A stretch of 64,000 bases of DNA from Planctomycetota bacterium (GCA_965248445.1 CBDFJG010000003.1:768001-832000), one strand, 5' to 3'. Numbered from the stretch's first letter, positions 26,891 through 38,708 are shown. Notes: generated by a model from the letters alone, not told the origin. Translations and numbers: made by a program.

Positions 26891-28609
26891 ATGGGCAGGC
26901 GCGTCCTTCTCGCTGCGGTCTTCGCACTCCTCCTGCTCACGGTCCTGCCCGTCGGCCGCGCCCTGTTCTCCGCGTTCGTCGTGGACGACGCCCCGGGCCG
27001 CCCGACCGAGTTCACCCTGGACCATGTCGCCGAGGTGTTCGCCCCGGGGTCGGCCGCGGACGAGGTCCCGAGCGAGGCGGCGCCCGCCGCTCGGTCTGGC
27101 TGGTCGCGCTTCCGGATGCTGGGCAACAGCGCCGCCATCGGCGCGCTCGCGGCCCTCCTCGCAGTGCTCGTCGGCGTGCCCATGGCCGTGCTCGTCGCGC
27201 GCACGGACCTGCCGTTCCGGCGAACGCTCGGGCTGATCTGCTACGCGCCTCTCGTGCTGCCCCCCCTGCTCGTGGCCCTCGCCTGGAACATGATCCCAGC
27301 GCTCGAGCCGCCGCCGATCACCTCCGCGCCGGAGCCGGGGGCACTCGCTGGAGTGATCGGAATCGTCCGCGCCGCCGCGCTCTTCGCGCTCTGCTACTAC
27401 CCGATCGTGGTGCTGTTCGCGCGACGGGCGCTGTCCGAGGTGCCCGGGGCGGTAGAGGAGTCCGCGCGGCTGACCCTCGGCCGCGGACGGGCGCTCCGGC
27501 GCGTCACGCTGCCACTGGTCTGGCCCGGTGTTGTGGCAGGAGCGCTGTTCGTATTCCTGTTCGCGCTGAACGACTTCGCCGTCGTCGACTTCCTCAACTG
27601 GGTCCGTCCCACGGGCGCGCGCGTGGCGGTCTACCCCTTCGAGTCGTTCTCCGCGTGGAACAAGTCCAACGGCCAGGGGCCGGCGACCGCACTCGGCCTG
27701 CCGCTCCTCGTCCTCGGTCTGGCGACCCTCTTCGCCGTCCACCGACTGATCGGACGGCGTTCGCGTGCGTCCGTCGGTGGAGCGCATCGCCCCGCGGCAC
27801 GCATGCGCCTGGGCGTCGCACGCTGGCCGGCATTCGCCGCCGCCGTGGCGCTGATCGGCGTCTCCGCCGTCGCGCCGGTCGCGACACTGGTCTGGCGCGC
27901 GGGCGGCGGCGACGCGTACCGCCGGGTCTGGCAACTCGTGGCCGGCGCCACCTCCTCGACCGACGAGGTGGCGTGGACTCTCTGGTTCGCCGCCGCGGCC
28001 GCGGCGCTCGCGCTGCCGCTCGCGTTCGTGCTGGCACACCGCGCCGCGCGCAGCGGCAGCACCTGGCTACCGGCACTCGCACTTCTGCCGCTGGCGTTGC
28101 CGCCGATCTTCCTCGGGGCCGGCTACCTCCGCCTGCTGAACCACCCGGCGCTCTCCGAACTGGTCGGGGGGCGCAACCCGTTCCTGGACCCGGACACGCC
28201 GCGATACGGTCCGATCCTGCTGCTGGTCGCCAAGTACCTGCCGTTCGCGATCGCGGCGCTGTGGGCGGCGTTCCTCGAGATCGACCCGCGGCTGGAGGAA
28301 GCCGCGCGTACCGCAGGAGTGCGCCCGCTCGCCCGCGTGCTCGGCGTGCTCGAACCGCTCGTGCGGCCCGCGTCGGCCCTCGCGTTCGTGCTGGTCTTCG
28401 TGTTCGCGCTACGCGAGATCGACACGATCGTGCTGCTGACCGGCGAGACGGTCATGCGGAAGATCTACTCGATGGTGCACTTCAGCCGCGACGAGCAGGT
28501 AGCGGCGTTATCCGTGATCTTGATCGCGATGCAGGCGATTCCGTTCGTCGTCCTGGCGATCCTCACCTCCGGGCGCTCGAACGTCGCGGCCGAGGCCCGT
28601 ACGCACTAG
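26891..28609 (+). CDS. ABC transporter permease with duplicated MetI-like domains (FbpB/ThiP/iron-type)
   Basis: About 12 TM helices, ARTDLPFRR, two EAA loops (VEESARLTLG and LEEAARTAG). Confidence 0.88.
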   Translation: MGRRVLLAAVFALLLLTVLPVGRALFSAFVVDDAPGRPTEFTLDHVAEVFAPGSAADEVPSEAAPAARSGWSRFRMLGNSAAIGALAALLAVLVGVPMAVLVARTDLPFRRTLGLICYAPLVLPPLLVALAWNMIPALEPPPITSAPEPGALAGVIGIVRAAALFALCYYPIVVLFARRALSEVPGAVEESARLTLGRGRALRRVTLPLVWPGVVAGALFVFLFALNDFAVVDFLNWVRPTGARVAVYPFESFSAWNKSNGQGPATALGLPLLVLGLATLFAVHRLIGRRSRASVGGAHRPAARMRLGVARWPAFAAAVALIGVSAVAPVATLVWRAGGGDAYRRVWQLVAGATSSTDEVAWTLWFAAAAAALALPLAFVLAHRAARSGSTWLPALALLPLALPPIFLGAGYLRLLNHPALSELVGGRNPFLDPDTPRYGPILLLVAKYLPFAIAALWAAFLEIDPRLEEAARTAGVRPLARVLGVLEPLVRPASALAFVLVFVFALREIDTIVLLTGETVMRKIYSMVHFSRDEQVAALSVILIAMQAIPFVVLAILTSGRSNVAAEARTH

Positions 28610-28614
28610 GAGCT

Positions 28615-29772
28615 TCAGGAGACTTCGAGGTAGCGCCGCACGACGCCCTCGATGAACGCTGCTCCGATCGCGAGCGCATCCTCGTGCACGTCGAACTGCG
28701 GATGGTGATGCGGGAACGACGTCCGCGGCGTCCCGTCGGAGCCGCCGATGAACCCGAAGACACCGGGCACCTCGCGCAGGAGCAGGCTCATGTCCTCGCT
28801 GCCCATCGTGGGCCGGCAGTGCACGACGTTCTTCTTCCCCACGATCCCGACGGCGACCTCGCGCGCCAACTCGACCATGCCGGGGTCGTTCAGCAGCGAC
28901 GGTAGGAAGCGGGTCCACTCGATCTCCGCCCGGGCGCCCAGACCGCGGCTGACATCCGTGACCAGGCGCTTGAACCGGCGCCCGACGCGCTTGCGCACCG
29001 CATCGTCGAACGTGCGCACCGTCCCGCGGAGCACGGCGTGCGGCGGGATGACGTTGAACGCGGTGCCGGCCTGCAGCGAGCCGACCGTGACCACCGCCGA
29101 GTCGCGCGGGTCGACGGATCGGGAGACGATCGTCTGCAGCGCCGTCACGACGTGGGCGGCAACGACGATCGGGTCCACTGAGTCGTGCGGATACGCCGCG
29201 TGACCGCCGCGCCCGTGCACGTGCACCTCGAACGTGTCGATGGCCGCCATCGTCGGCCCCTCGCGCAGCGCGATGCGGCCGACCTTCTCGGGCGACCAGA
29301 CATGGACACCGACCGCCGCGTGCACGACCGGCCTCTTCAGCAGGCCCGCGTCGATGCACTGCCCCATTCCGTTCGCGCCTTCCTCGCCGGGCTGGAACAG
29401 CAGCTTCACGGCCCCGCGCTCGGGAGGCTCTGCCGCGAAACGGCGCGCCACCTCGACGAGGCCGGCGGCATGCACGTCGTGACCGCACGCGTGCATGACT
29501 CCGTCGTTCTGCGACGCGAACGGGAGGCCCGTCTGCTCGGTGACCGGCAACCCGTCGATGTCAGCTCGCGCGACGATCGTCTTGCCACGCTTCTTCCCGG
29601 AGACCGTCGCTGTGACGCCGGTGCCGGCGATCCGCTTCGGGCTGAGGCCGAGCAGACCAAGCCAGCCCTCGATCGCCGAGGCCGTCTCGGTCTCCTGCAT
29701 CGAGAGTTCCGCGTGCGCGTGGAGGTGCCGGCGCAGTTCGACGAGCCCCGGGACCACCTGGCGCGGGCTCAC
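28615..29772 (-). CDS. M20-family amidohydrolase
   Basis: RRHLHAHAELSMQE, RADIDGLP, MHACGHD, FQPGEEG, GRGGHAA.PH, GSEDM, HHHPQFD. Confidence 0.93.
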   Translation of the reverse strand: MSPRQVVPGLVELRRHLHAHAELSMQETETASAIEGWLGLLGLSPKRIAGTGVTATVSGKKRGKTIVARADIDGLPVTEQTGLPFASQNDGVMHACGHDVHAAGLVEVARRFAAEPPERGAVKLLFQPGEEGANGMGQCIDAGLLKRPVVHAAVGVHVWSPEKVGRIALREGPTMAAIDTFEVHVHGRGGHAAYPHDSVDPIVVAAHVVTALQTIVSRSVDPRDSAVVTVGSLQAGTAFNVIPPHAVLRGTVRTFDDAVRKRVGRRFKRLVTDVSRGLGARAEIEWTRFLPSLLNDPGMVELAREVAVGIVGKKNVVHCRPTMGSEDMSLLLREVPGVFGFIGGSDGTPRTSFPHHHPQFDVHEDALAIGAAFIEGVVRRYLEVS

Positions 29773-30113
29773 AGATCACCCTTCCGGAGCGTCACCCACG
29801 AGTCCTCGGTCTCGAACAGCCGGACCTCGTTCAGCGGGAGATCCTCGAGCTGCCGCCAGATCCAGACGGCGACGTTCTCGGCGGACGGCATATCGAGGAG
29901 GCCGTTCAGGTCGCGATGATCGAGCCGGTCGATGACCCGCTCCTCAACCGTTGCCTTGAGGTCGTAGAAGTCCATCACCAGGCCGTCCTGGCGAATCGGA
30001 CCCTCGACCGTGACCTCGAGCCGGTAACCGTGGCCGTGCGGCCGTTCGCACTTGCCCGGATACCCCGGCAGGTGGTGTGCAGCCTCGAATCGAAAGCGTT
30101 TGGTGACGCGCAT
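29769..30113 (-). CDS. queD: 6-carboxy-5,6,7,8-tetrahydropterin synthase
   Basis: FEAAHHL...KCERPHGH.Y, VMDF, LDHRDLN, PSAEN, VRLFET. Confidence 0.9.
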   Translation of the reverse strand: MRVTKRFRFEAAHHLPGYPGKCERPHGHGYRLEVTVEGPIRQDGLVMDFYDLKATVEERVIDRLDHRDLNGLLDMPSAENVAVWIWRQLEDLPLNEVRLFETEDSWVTLRKGDL

Positions 30114-30165
30114 GGCGGCGCAGAGTACCGAGACCGGCGCCCTTTTGCTCCGGGAACAGATCGGC

Positions 30166-30214
30166 GTCTCCAGTGCGTCAGCCGCAGCACCAACGGTCTC
30201 CACAGCGTCAGCTG
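30166..30214. repeat. Tandem 19-bp direct repeat with 30-bp period upstream of queD
   Basis: GTCTCCAGTGCGTCAGCCG (30166-30184) versus GTCTCCACAGCGTCAGCTG (30196-30214), 16/19 identical. Confidence 0.55.
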
Positions 30215-30221
30215 TGGAACC

Positions 30222-30254
30222 AGAAAAGAAGGCCCCGGCGTCTCCGCCGGGGCC
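30222..30254 (-). terminator. Rho-independent terminator after the ferritin-like gene
   Basis: 10-bp stem GGCCCCGGCG/CGCCGGGGCC with a 4-nt loop, followed on the minus strand by TTCTTTTCT. Confidence 0.8.
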
Positions 30255-30279
30255 CCCTCCCTTCCTGAGTCCGCCTTCG

Positions 30280-30768
30280 CTAGGCGGCCTCGGCCTCGGC
30301 CGCAGTGGCCTCGGCCTCCACCTTCCGGAGAGCGGTGAGGAGCTCGTCGCGGTGCGCGCGGCTCTCCTCGACCAGGATCTTCAGGAAGATCCGGCAAGAG
30401 CGGTCCGGCACCATGTCCGATGCGCGATCGCAGAACGTCCGCGCCTCCTCGGCCGTGCGTACCGCCATCCGCAGCACGGTCACGTAGTCGAGGTCGACGT
30501 CGCGGCCCATGTCCGCCAGAGCGGCGTGCATGGGAGAGACGTCGATCTGTATGTCGCCCAGCAGCGGTGTCGGGCACAGCTCCTTGCGGTGCTTGATCAG
30601 GATCTTCCGCTGGTCCTTCTCGTCCTGCCCCATCCGACGGAACCAGCGCCGCTGGTCCACGTCTTCCAGACGGTCTGCGACTCGGGTGTAGAACCCGAAC
30701 GCGATCTCCTTCTCGCGCGCCATCCGATCCAGGATCGCGCGTACCCGTGCAGCCTCGACCGAGCCCAT
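30280..30768 (-). CDS. Ferritin/rubrerythrin-like four-helix protein with a degenerate di-iron site
   Basis: Two helix pairs: MAREKE...FY...FRRMGQDEKDQ and MAVRTAEE..FC...LKILVEESRAH. AAGGAGG RBS. Confidence 0.75.
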   Translation of the reverse strand: MGSVEAARVRAILDRMAREKEIAFGFYTRVADRLEDVDQRRWFRRMGQDEKDQRKILIKHRKELCPTPLLGDIQIDVSPMHAALADMGRDVDLDYVTVLRMAVRTAEEARTFCDRASDMVPDRSCRIFLKILVEESRAHRDELLTALRKVEAEATAAEAEAA

Positions 30769-30846
30769 ACCCCATGCCCTCCTTGGTGAGTCGCCGATCA
30801 GCCATGTCCCAACAACATGCCCGGTGCCAATCAGCGTGCCCCGAGG

Positions 30847-30898
30847 ATGCTACGAAGTGTCAGTTGACTGTCAAGGGGGGTGTCACGATTTGGTGACA
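30847..30898 (-). promoter_or_regulatory. Near-consensus sigma70 promoter with an upstream palindromic operator
   Basis: Minus strand reads TTGACA (30874-30869)-N16-TAGCAT (30852-30847). Palindrome TGTCAC-N6-GTGACA at 30881-30898. Confidence 0.7.
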
Positions 30899-30966
30899 TC
30901 GTCAGCGCCGCATGACAGACCGGCAGCGGCTTGTTGCTGCAGGTTCACGGCCCGGCGGTGAGACGG

Positions 30967-32481
30967 CTAGCGCGGCAGCTGAGACGGGAAACCGAGGCCG
31001 CGGGCGATCTCGGCCGTGCCATCGGCCAGCATCCCCGGCGCGAGACCGGCCAGGATGAGCAGGGCCACTGAGACCGCCAGGGCGATCTTCATCCGGCCGG
31101 CGGCGGCAGGCGTCGCGGGACTGCGCGCGTCTCGCATGTAGATACGCTTCACGACCGCGAGGTAGTAGTAGAGCGCGATCACGACGTTGATCAGGCCGGC
31201 CACGGCGAGCCAGCGCAGGCTCGGCCGGCCGAACGCCGACCCCACCAGCATGAACTTGCCGAAGAAGCCGAGGAACGGCGGCACACCGGCGAGGGACAGC
31301 AGCGCCACGGTCAGAGAGGCGCCGAGGAGCGGGCTCTTGCGGGCCAGTCCCGAGTAGTCCTCGATCTCGTGGCTCCCGGTCGCCCGCGAGACGGCGATGA
31401 TCACGCCGAACGCAAGCAGGTTCGTGATCACGTACGCGGCCATGTAGACGAGCGCCCCGGAGATGCCCGTCTCCCAGGAGGCCGCGATGCCGAGCAGGAT
31501 GTACCCGCACTGGCCGATCGACGAGTAGCCCATCAGCCGCTTGATGTTCGACTGCGGCAGCGCTCCGAGGTTTCCGTAGAAGAGCGTCAGCGCCGCCACG
31601 AGCGCGAGGAACGGCGTCAGGGACGCCATCAACGCGCTCGCGTGATTCGAGACCTCGAGGATGCGGATCATCAGCACGAAGCCCGCGAGCTTCGAACCGA
31701 CTGACAGGTAGGCGGTGACGGGCGTGGGCGCGCCCTGATAGACGTCCGGCACCCAGACGTGGAGCGGCACCGCCGACGTCTTGAACCCGAGGCCGATGAA
31801 CACCAGCATCACGCCGATCAGCAGCTCGTTCGAGACAACGAGGTCGCCGCTCGCCAACAGCTGGCGCAGGCCGGTGTGGATCACCTCGCCCGTCTCGGAG
31901 TCCGTCAGCGTGTCGAAGAATACCGTGCCGGTCGCGCCGTATACGAACGCGATGCCGTAGAGCAGAACCGCGGCCGAGAGCGATCCGATCACGAGCAGCT
32001 TGAGTCCCGCCTCCACGGAGATCGAGCTCTCGCGCTTGAATGCGGCGAGCACGAAAAACGAGACGGTGACGACCTCGAGCGCGACGAACAACGACATGAA
32101 GTCGTTCACGCTCGCGCAGAACATCATGCCGACCATCGCGAGGAGGCCGAGCGTGTAGAACTCGCCCTGCCCGCGCGGCAGATCCCGCACGTACTCGCGT
32201 GACATCAGGAACACGAGGAACGCAGCGACCGCGAACGCGCGCTTGAACCAGAGCGCGAGCGGGTCGAGCACGAACGAGCCGCCCAGCGCCGACATCCCCT
32301 CTCCGGAGGCTGCGTCGGCGATTGCCGGGATGAACGTCGAGAGGAACACGATGACAGTCGCGGCGACCGCGGCGCCCCAGAGCACCGTCTTGCGCTCCCG
32401 CGGCAGCCAGAGGTCCCAGAGCATGACCCCGAGCGCCAGGGCGCACGCGAGGATCTCGGGGAGGAGCAGCTGGAGATTCAC
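30967..32481 (-). CDS. nuoN: NADH-quinone oxidoreductase subunit N
   Basis: LLLPE, SVEAGLK, FKTSAVPLHVWVPDVYQGAPTPV, KRLMGYSSI, LAGVPPF.GF.GK. Last gene of the operon. Confidence 0.95.
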   Translation of the reverse strand: MNLQLLLPEILACALALGVMLWDLWLPRERKTVLWGAAVAATVIVFLSTFIPAIADAASGEGMSALGGSFVLDPLALWFKRAFAVAAFLVFLMSREYVRDLPRGQGEFYTLGLLAMVGMMFCASVNDFMSLFVALEVVTVSFFVLAAFKRESSISVEAGLKLLVIGSLSAAVLLYGIAFVYGATGTVFFDTLTDSETGEVIHTGLRQLLASGDLVVSNELLIGVMLVFIGLGFKTSAVPLHVWVPDVYQGAPTPVTAYLSVGSKLAGFVLMIRILEVSNHASALMASLTPFLALVAALTLFYGNLGALPQSNIKRLMGYSSIGQCGYILLGIAASWETGISGALVYMAAYVITNLLAFGVIIAVSRATGSHEIEDYSGLARKSPLLGASLTVALLSLAGVPPFLGFFGKFMLVGSAFGRPSLRWLAVAGLINVVIALYYYLAVVKRIYMRDARSPATPAAAGRMKIALAVSVALLILAGLAPGMLADGTAEIARGLGFPSQLPR

Positions 32482-32482
32482 G

Positions 32483-34062
32483 TCAGCGCTCCCTCTCCGC
32501 GCGCCCCGACTCCCGTTCGGCACGCGCCTGCTGCGCCTTGGCGATCTTCTCCACGATCGGCGTGATGGCCGGCTCGATCATTCGCGTGATCGGCCGCGGC
32601 CAGAAGCCGAAGAAGAGCAGCACCACCAGAAGGATGACGAACGGCGCGCGCTGGAAGATGCCGCGAGCGTCCTCGAGCTTGTCCCACTTCTCGTTGCGCG
32701 GGCCGAAGAACACGTCGCGCAGCGCCCGCAGGAGGTACACGGCCGTGATCACGACCCCGAACACGGCGATCACCGCGTGCCACTCGTACCCGGCCTGCCA
32801 GGCACCGACCATGACCATGAACTCGCTCACGAAGTTGGCGAAGCCGGGCACGCCGGCGCTCGCCATCGTCGCGAGCGCGAAGCACGTGGCCACCCACGGC
32901 ATCTGGTGTGCCAGCCCGCCGAGGTCCGAGATCTTGCGCGTGTGCGTCTGGTCGTAGAAGAAGCCAATCAGCCCGAAGCAAAGGGCCGTCATGACACCGT
33001 GCGCGAACATCAGGAACACCGCGCCGGAGACGCCAATCACCGTCACGGAGGCGATGCCGAGCAGCGTGTATCCCATGTGCGACGACGACGAGAAGCCGAT
33101 GACGTACTTGATGTCCTTCTGCGCCATCGCCACGTAGCCGCCGTACACGATGTTCGCGAGGGCGATCAGCGCGACCCAGGGGAGCCAGGTCACGGCGCCG
33201 TCGGGCAGCGTCGGGAACGCCACGCGGAGGATCGCGAACGAGCCCAGCTTCATGAGCACGCCGGCGTGCATCATCGAACCGGCGGCCGGCGCGGCGGCGT
33301 GGCCGATGGGACTCCACGTGTGCAGCGGCCACATCGGGATGATGGCCGCGAACCCGACGAACAGGAATGCGAACGCCGTGTTCTGGAAGCCGAGCGTGAA
33401 GAAACCGGCGTCCGACGCCGCGATGACGTGATCCAGGTTGAACGACGGAAGCGCGGCCGGGTCGAGTGACTGCCGGTACTCCCACGTCTTGAAGTACAGG
33501 AGCAGCAGGCCGATGAGCGCGACCAGCGCGCCAGCCGTCAGGTAGAGCGTCAGCTTCATCGCCGCGTACTCGCGGTCCTTCGGGCTGCCCCACACGCCGA
33601 TCAGCAGGTACATCGGCACGACGGCCAGCTCGAACGCGAAGTACATGAAGAATAGATCGCGCACGATGAACACGCCGAACACGCCGGTGCCGAGCGCCAG
33701 GAACAGGATGAAGAACTCCTTCACGCGATCGCGGATGGCGTGGCTGCTCACCAGCACGCCCGTGAACATCACGATCGAGTTGAGGAGCACCATCGCGACG
33801 CCGATGCCGTCGATGCCGACCGCCCACGTGATCCCGATGCTCTCGACCCACGGCCGCACCGCGACTCCGGCGGTGTACTCCGCGAGCGCCGCCTCGCCGT
33901 TCGTCCCGAGGGCCATGTTGAAGAAGTACGCGGCGATGCCGAGACAGGCGGCGCCGGCGAGCGCCGCGACCGCCTTGATGGCCTTGTCCTGCTCGGCGGG
34001 GAGGAGCACCACGACGACCGTGGCGACCATTGGGATGACGACCAGCAGTGTGAGCAGGTCCA

Positions 34063-34063
<1 letters not shown>
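32483..34063 (-). CDS. nuoM: NADH-quinone oxidoreductase subunit M
   Basis: GIDG, FELAVVPMY.LIGVWG, PLHTW.P.GHAAAP, MFAHG, PGFANFVSEF. Confidence 0.95.
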
Positions 34064-36065
<2,002 letters not shown>

Positions 36066-36066
<1 letters not shown>

Positions 36067-36386
36067 CAGCCCCGCAACTCCGTCGCGTCATCGAGGGACA
36101 CGCCGCCCTTGACGCGGTTCAGCGCGATGATGATCGCCAGCGCGACAGCGGCCTCGGCGGCCGCCACGGCGATGATGAAGAACACGAACACCTGGCCCTG
36201 CAGGTTGCCGTGGTGCCGGCTGAACGCGACGAACGCGAGGTTCGCGCCGTTCAGCATCAGCTCGAGGCTCATCAGGATGATGACCGTGTTCCGCCGCGTG
36301 ACGACGCCGAACAGTCCCGTCGCGAAGATGAGCGCCGAGAGAACGATGTAGTGCGCGGTGGTGATCTCGGCGAGGAGGAGGCTCAT
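36066..36386 (-). CDS. nuoK: NADH-quinone oxidoreductase subunit K
   Basis: RRN.VIILMSLELMLN, AVAAAEAAV. Confidence 0.96.
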
Positions 36387-36913
36387 ACCAGCTTCCTCTT
36401 GGTCAGGACCACGGCGCCGAGGATCGCCACGAGCAGCAGTACCGACGCCAGCTCGAACGGCAGGAGGTGCGCGTTGAAGAGCTGGTCCGCGATCGGGAGG
36501 ACGGCGCCCTCGAGCAGCTTCTCGCCGCCGGTGCGCGCAAGGATCGACGCCTCGTCACCGCCTTCGGTCCAGAGCACCCCGCCCGTGACGGTGGCCACGA
36601 TGAGCGCGACGAAGAGAACGCCGGCCGCCATGCCAAGAGACACCTGCGTGAGCTTGTCGATCCGCATCAGCCCGCTCGGAGTCAGGTTCAGCAGCATGAT
36701 CACGAACAGGAACAGGATCATGATCGCGCCGGCGTAGACGAGGATCTGGATGATGCCGATGAAGCCGGCGTCCATGCCCAGGAAGAGCACGGACATGCCG
36801 CCGAACGCGGCGACGAGCCAGAGCACGCTCGCCACCGCATTGCGGCGCGAGACGGCCATCATCCCGCCCGTCAGCGCAAGCGCTCCCCCCAACCAGAACG
36901 TCCAAGGATCCAA
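36383..36913 (-). CDS. nuoJ: NADH-quinone oxidoreductase subunit J
   Basis: QILVYAGAIMILFLFVIMLL, LLPFELASVLLLVA. Start set at TTG 36913; GTG ~36946 is possible. Confidence 0.93.
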   Translation of the reverse strand: MDPWTFWLGGALALTGGMMAVSRRNAVASVLWLVAAFGGMSVLFLGMDAGFIGIIQILVYAGAIMILFLFVIMLLNLTPSGLMRIDKLTQVSLGMAAGVLFVALIVATVTGGVLWTEGGDEASILARTGGEKLLEGAVLPIADQLFNAHLLPFELASVLLLVAILGAVVLTKRKLV

Positions 36914-36984
36914 CTCTTCGTCTTCCTTCGCGGTCTCCCGCTTCACCCGCGCCCCGATGCCCTCGGGGGCTGCCTCTTCGCGGC

Positions 36985-37539
36985 CTAGGTCAGGCCCTGT
37001 TCCTCTTGCTCGCGCTCGAGCTTCTCCCACTTGCGTGTGGCGTTGCGCACCCCTCCGTCCGGACCGAGCGTCTTGCCGATCTCGTAGAGCTTCTCCATGT
37101 CGAAGATCATCTCCTCGCGGGTCTGGCCGCAGATCTCGTACTCCTTCGACATGAAGATCGCTTCCTCGGGGCACACCTCTTCGCAGTAGCCGCAGAAGAT
37201 GCACCGGAGCATGTCGATGTCGAACACCTCGGCAGCCTTCTCGACGACGCCGTCGATCTGCTTCGGGATGATCGAGATCGCGCGCGGCGGGCAGACGTAC
37301 TCGCAGAGCGAGCAGGCGACGCACTTCTCGCGGTCGGCGTGGTCCTTCACGAGGACCGGCACGCCGCGATAGAACGACGGCAGCGTCCACTTCTCCTCCG
37401 GGTACTGCATGGTGGTCTTCTCGTGATGACCCGTGCCGAGCAGGTGGGCCATCGTGTGCTTCATGCCCATCAGGATCGCGGGCAGATAGAGCCGCTCCGA
37501 GAGCGTCAATTCGCGACGTTCGACCTTCACGTACGCCAT
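36985..37539 (-). CDS. nuoI: NADH-quinone oxidoreductase subunit I
   Basis: TMQYPEEK and two 4Fe-4S motifs, CVACSLCEYVCP and CIFCGYCEEVCP. Confidence 0.96.
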   Translation of the reverse strand: MAYVKVERRELTLSERLYLPAILMGMKHTMAHLLGTGHHEKTTMQYPEEKWTLPSFYRGVPVLVKDHADREKCVACSLCEYVCPPRAISIIPKQIDGVVEKAAEVFDIDMLRCIFCGYCEEVCPEEAIFMSKEYEICGQTREEMIFDMEKLYEIGKTLGPDGGVRNATRKWEKLEREQEEQGLT

Positions 37540-38708
37540 TACGCCATCCCCCGAACGAGCGCCACGCCGATCACAGTGAGCAACACCCACGCCAGCGTCA
37601 GCGGGAACAGCCGCTTCCATCCCAGCGTCATCAGCTGGTCGTAGCGGAAGCGCGGCAGCGTCCACCTCACCCAGATGAAGAAGAAGAGGAGGGCGAACAA
37701 CTTCGCGCCGAAGATCGCGGCGTGGAGGTGCATCTCCACGAGCGATGCCCAGTTGTACCAAGTGGGGTGCTCGGCGCCGTACGAGACGACCCAGTCGCTC
37801 ATCAGGTTCTCGAGGCCGAACAGCGTCCAGCCGCCCAGGTACATGACGATGAACAGCGACGAGATCGCGACCATCGCCGCGTACTCACCGAGGAAGAACA
37901 GCGCGAACTTCATCGAGGAGTACTCGGCGTGATACCCGGCAGCGAGTTCGGACTCGGCCTCCGGCATGTCGAACGGGTGACGGTTGGTCTCTGCGAACCC
38001 GGCGATCATGAAGACCAGCGCGCCGATCGGCTGCTTGAAGATGTTCCAGTCGAAGAACGTCGTCCACTCGCCGACCATTCGCGCGTTCTCACCGCTCCCG
38101 ACGAACCAGCCGTCGGTTTGCATGGCCACTACGTCGGTCAGACGCAGCGTGCCGGCGATGATGAACACACCGAGCGCCGACAGACCGAGCGCGATCTCGT
38201 ACGAGATCATCTGTGCGGTCGCGCGCACGGCGCCCAGCAACGGGAACTTGCTGTTGCTCGCCCAGCCGCCGAGCGAGATGGAGTACACGTGCAGTGAGCT
38301 GAACGCGAAGCACGCGAGAAACGCGGTGTCCACGTTGGAGATCCACAGGTTCTTCCCGAACGGGATGAACGCGAGCACCACCATCGGCGGGATGACCGCG
38401 AGGGCCGGCGCCAGCAGGAAGATCGGCTTGTTGACGTGCCCCGGCAGCACGTCCTCCTTGAAGATGAACTTCGCGAGGTCGGCGAACGATTGGAGGATTC
38501 CGAACGGACCCACTCGGTTGGGTCCCAGCCGATCCTGAATGAACGCGGCGCCACGGCGCTCGAGCCAGACGAGGCCCGAGACCATCAGCGGCACCACGTT
38601 GCCGATCGTCAGGACGAGGATCAGCGACCGCACGACGGGGTTCTCGGCGAGCCACTCGGAGAGCGACGCGAACATGCCCGCGGACTCGGCGGCGAACAGC
38701 GCGTTCAC
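37539..38708 (-). CDS. nuoH: NADH-quinone oxidoreductase subunit H
   Basis: ERR..A.IQDRLGPNRVGP.G, AQMISYE, AETNR.PFDMPEAESEL..GY..EYS, LPRFRYDQLM. Confidence 0.96.
   Translation of the reverse strand: MNALFAAESAGMFASLSEWLAENPVVRSLILVLTIGNVVPLMVSGLVWLERRGAAFIQDRLGPNRVGPFGILQSFADLAKFIFKEDVLPGHVNKPIFLLAPALAVIPPMVVLAFIPFGKNLWISNVDTAFLACFAFSSLHVYSISLGGWASNSKFPLLGAVRATAQMISYEIALGLSALGVFIIAGTLRLTDVVAMQTDGWFVGSGENARMVGEWTTFFDWNIFKQPIGALVFMIAGFAETNRHPFDMPEAESELAAGYHAEYSSMKFALFFLGEYAAMVAISSLFIVMYLGGWTLFGLENLMSDWVVSYGAEHPTWYNWASLVEMHLHAAIFGAKLFALLFFFIWVRWTLPRFRYDQLMTLGWKRLFPLTLAWVLLTVIGVALVRGMA

Noticed and set aside
30114..30230. preQ1 riboswitch upstream of queD
   Set aside because: A TTGGTGCT segment resembles preQ1-II but its pairing partner CACCAA is absent. 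There is no A-rich preQ1-I tail.
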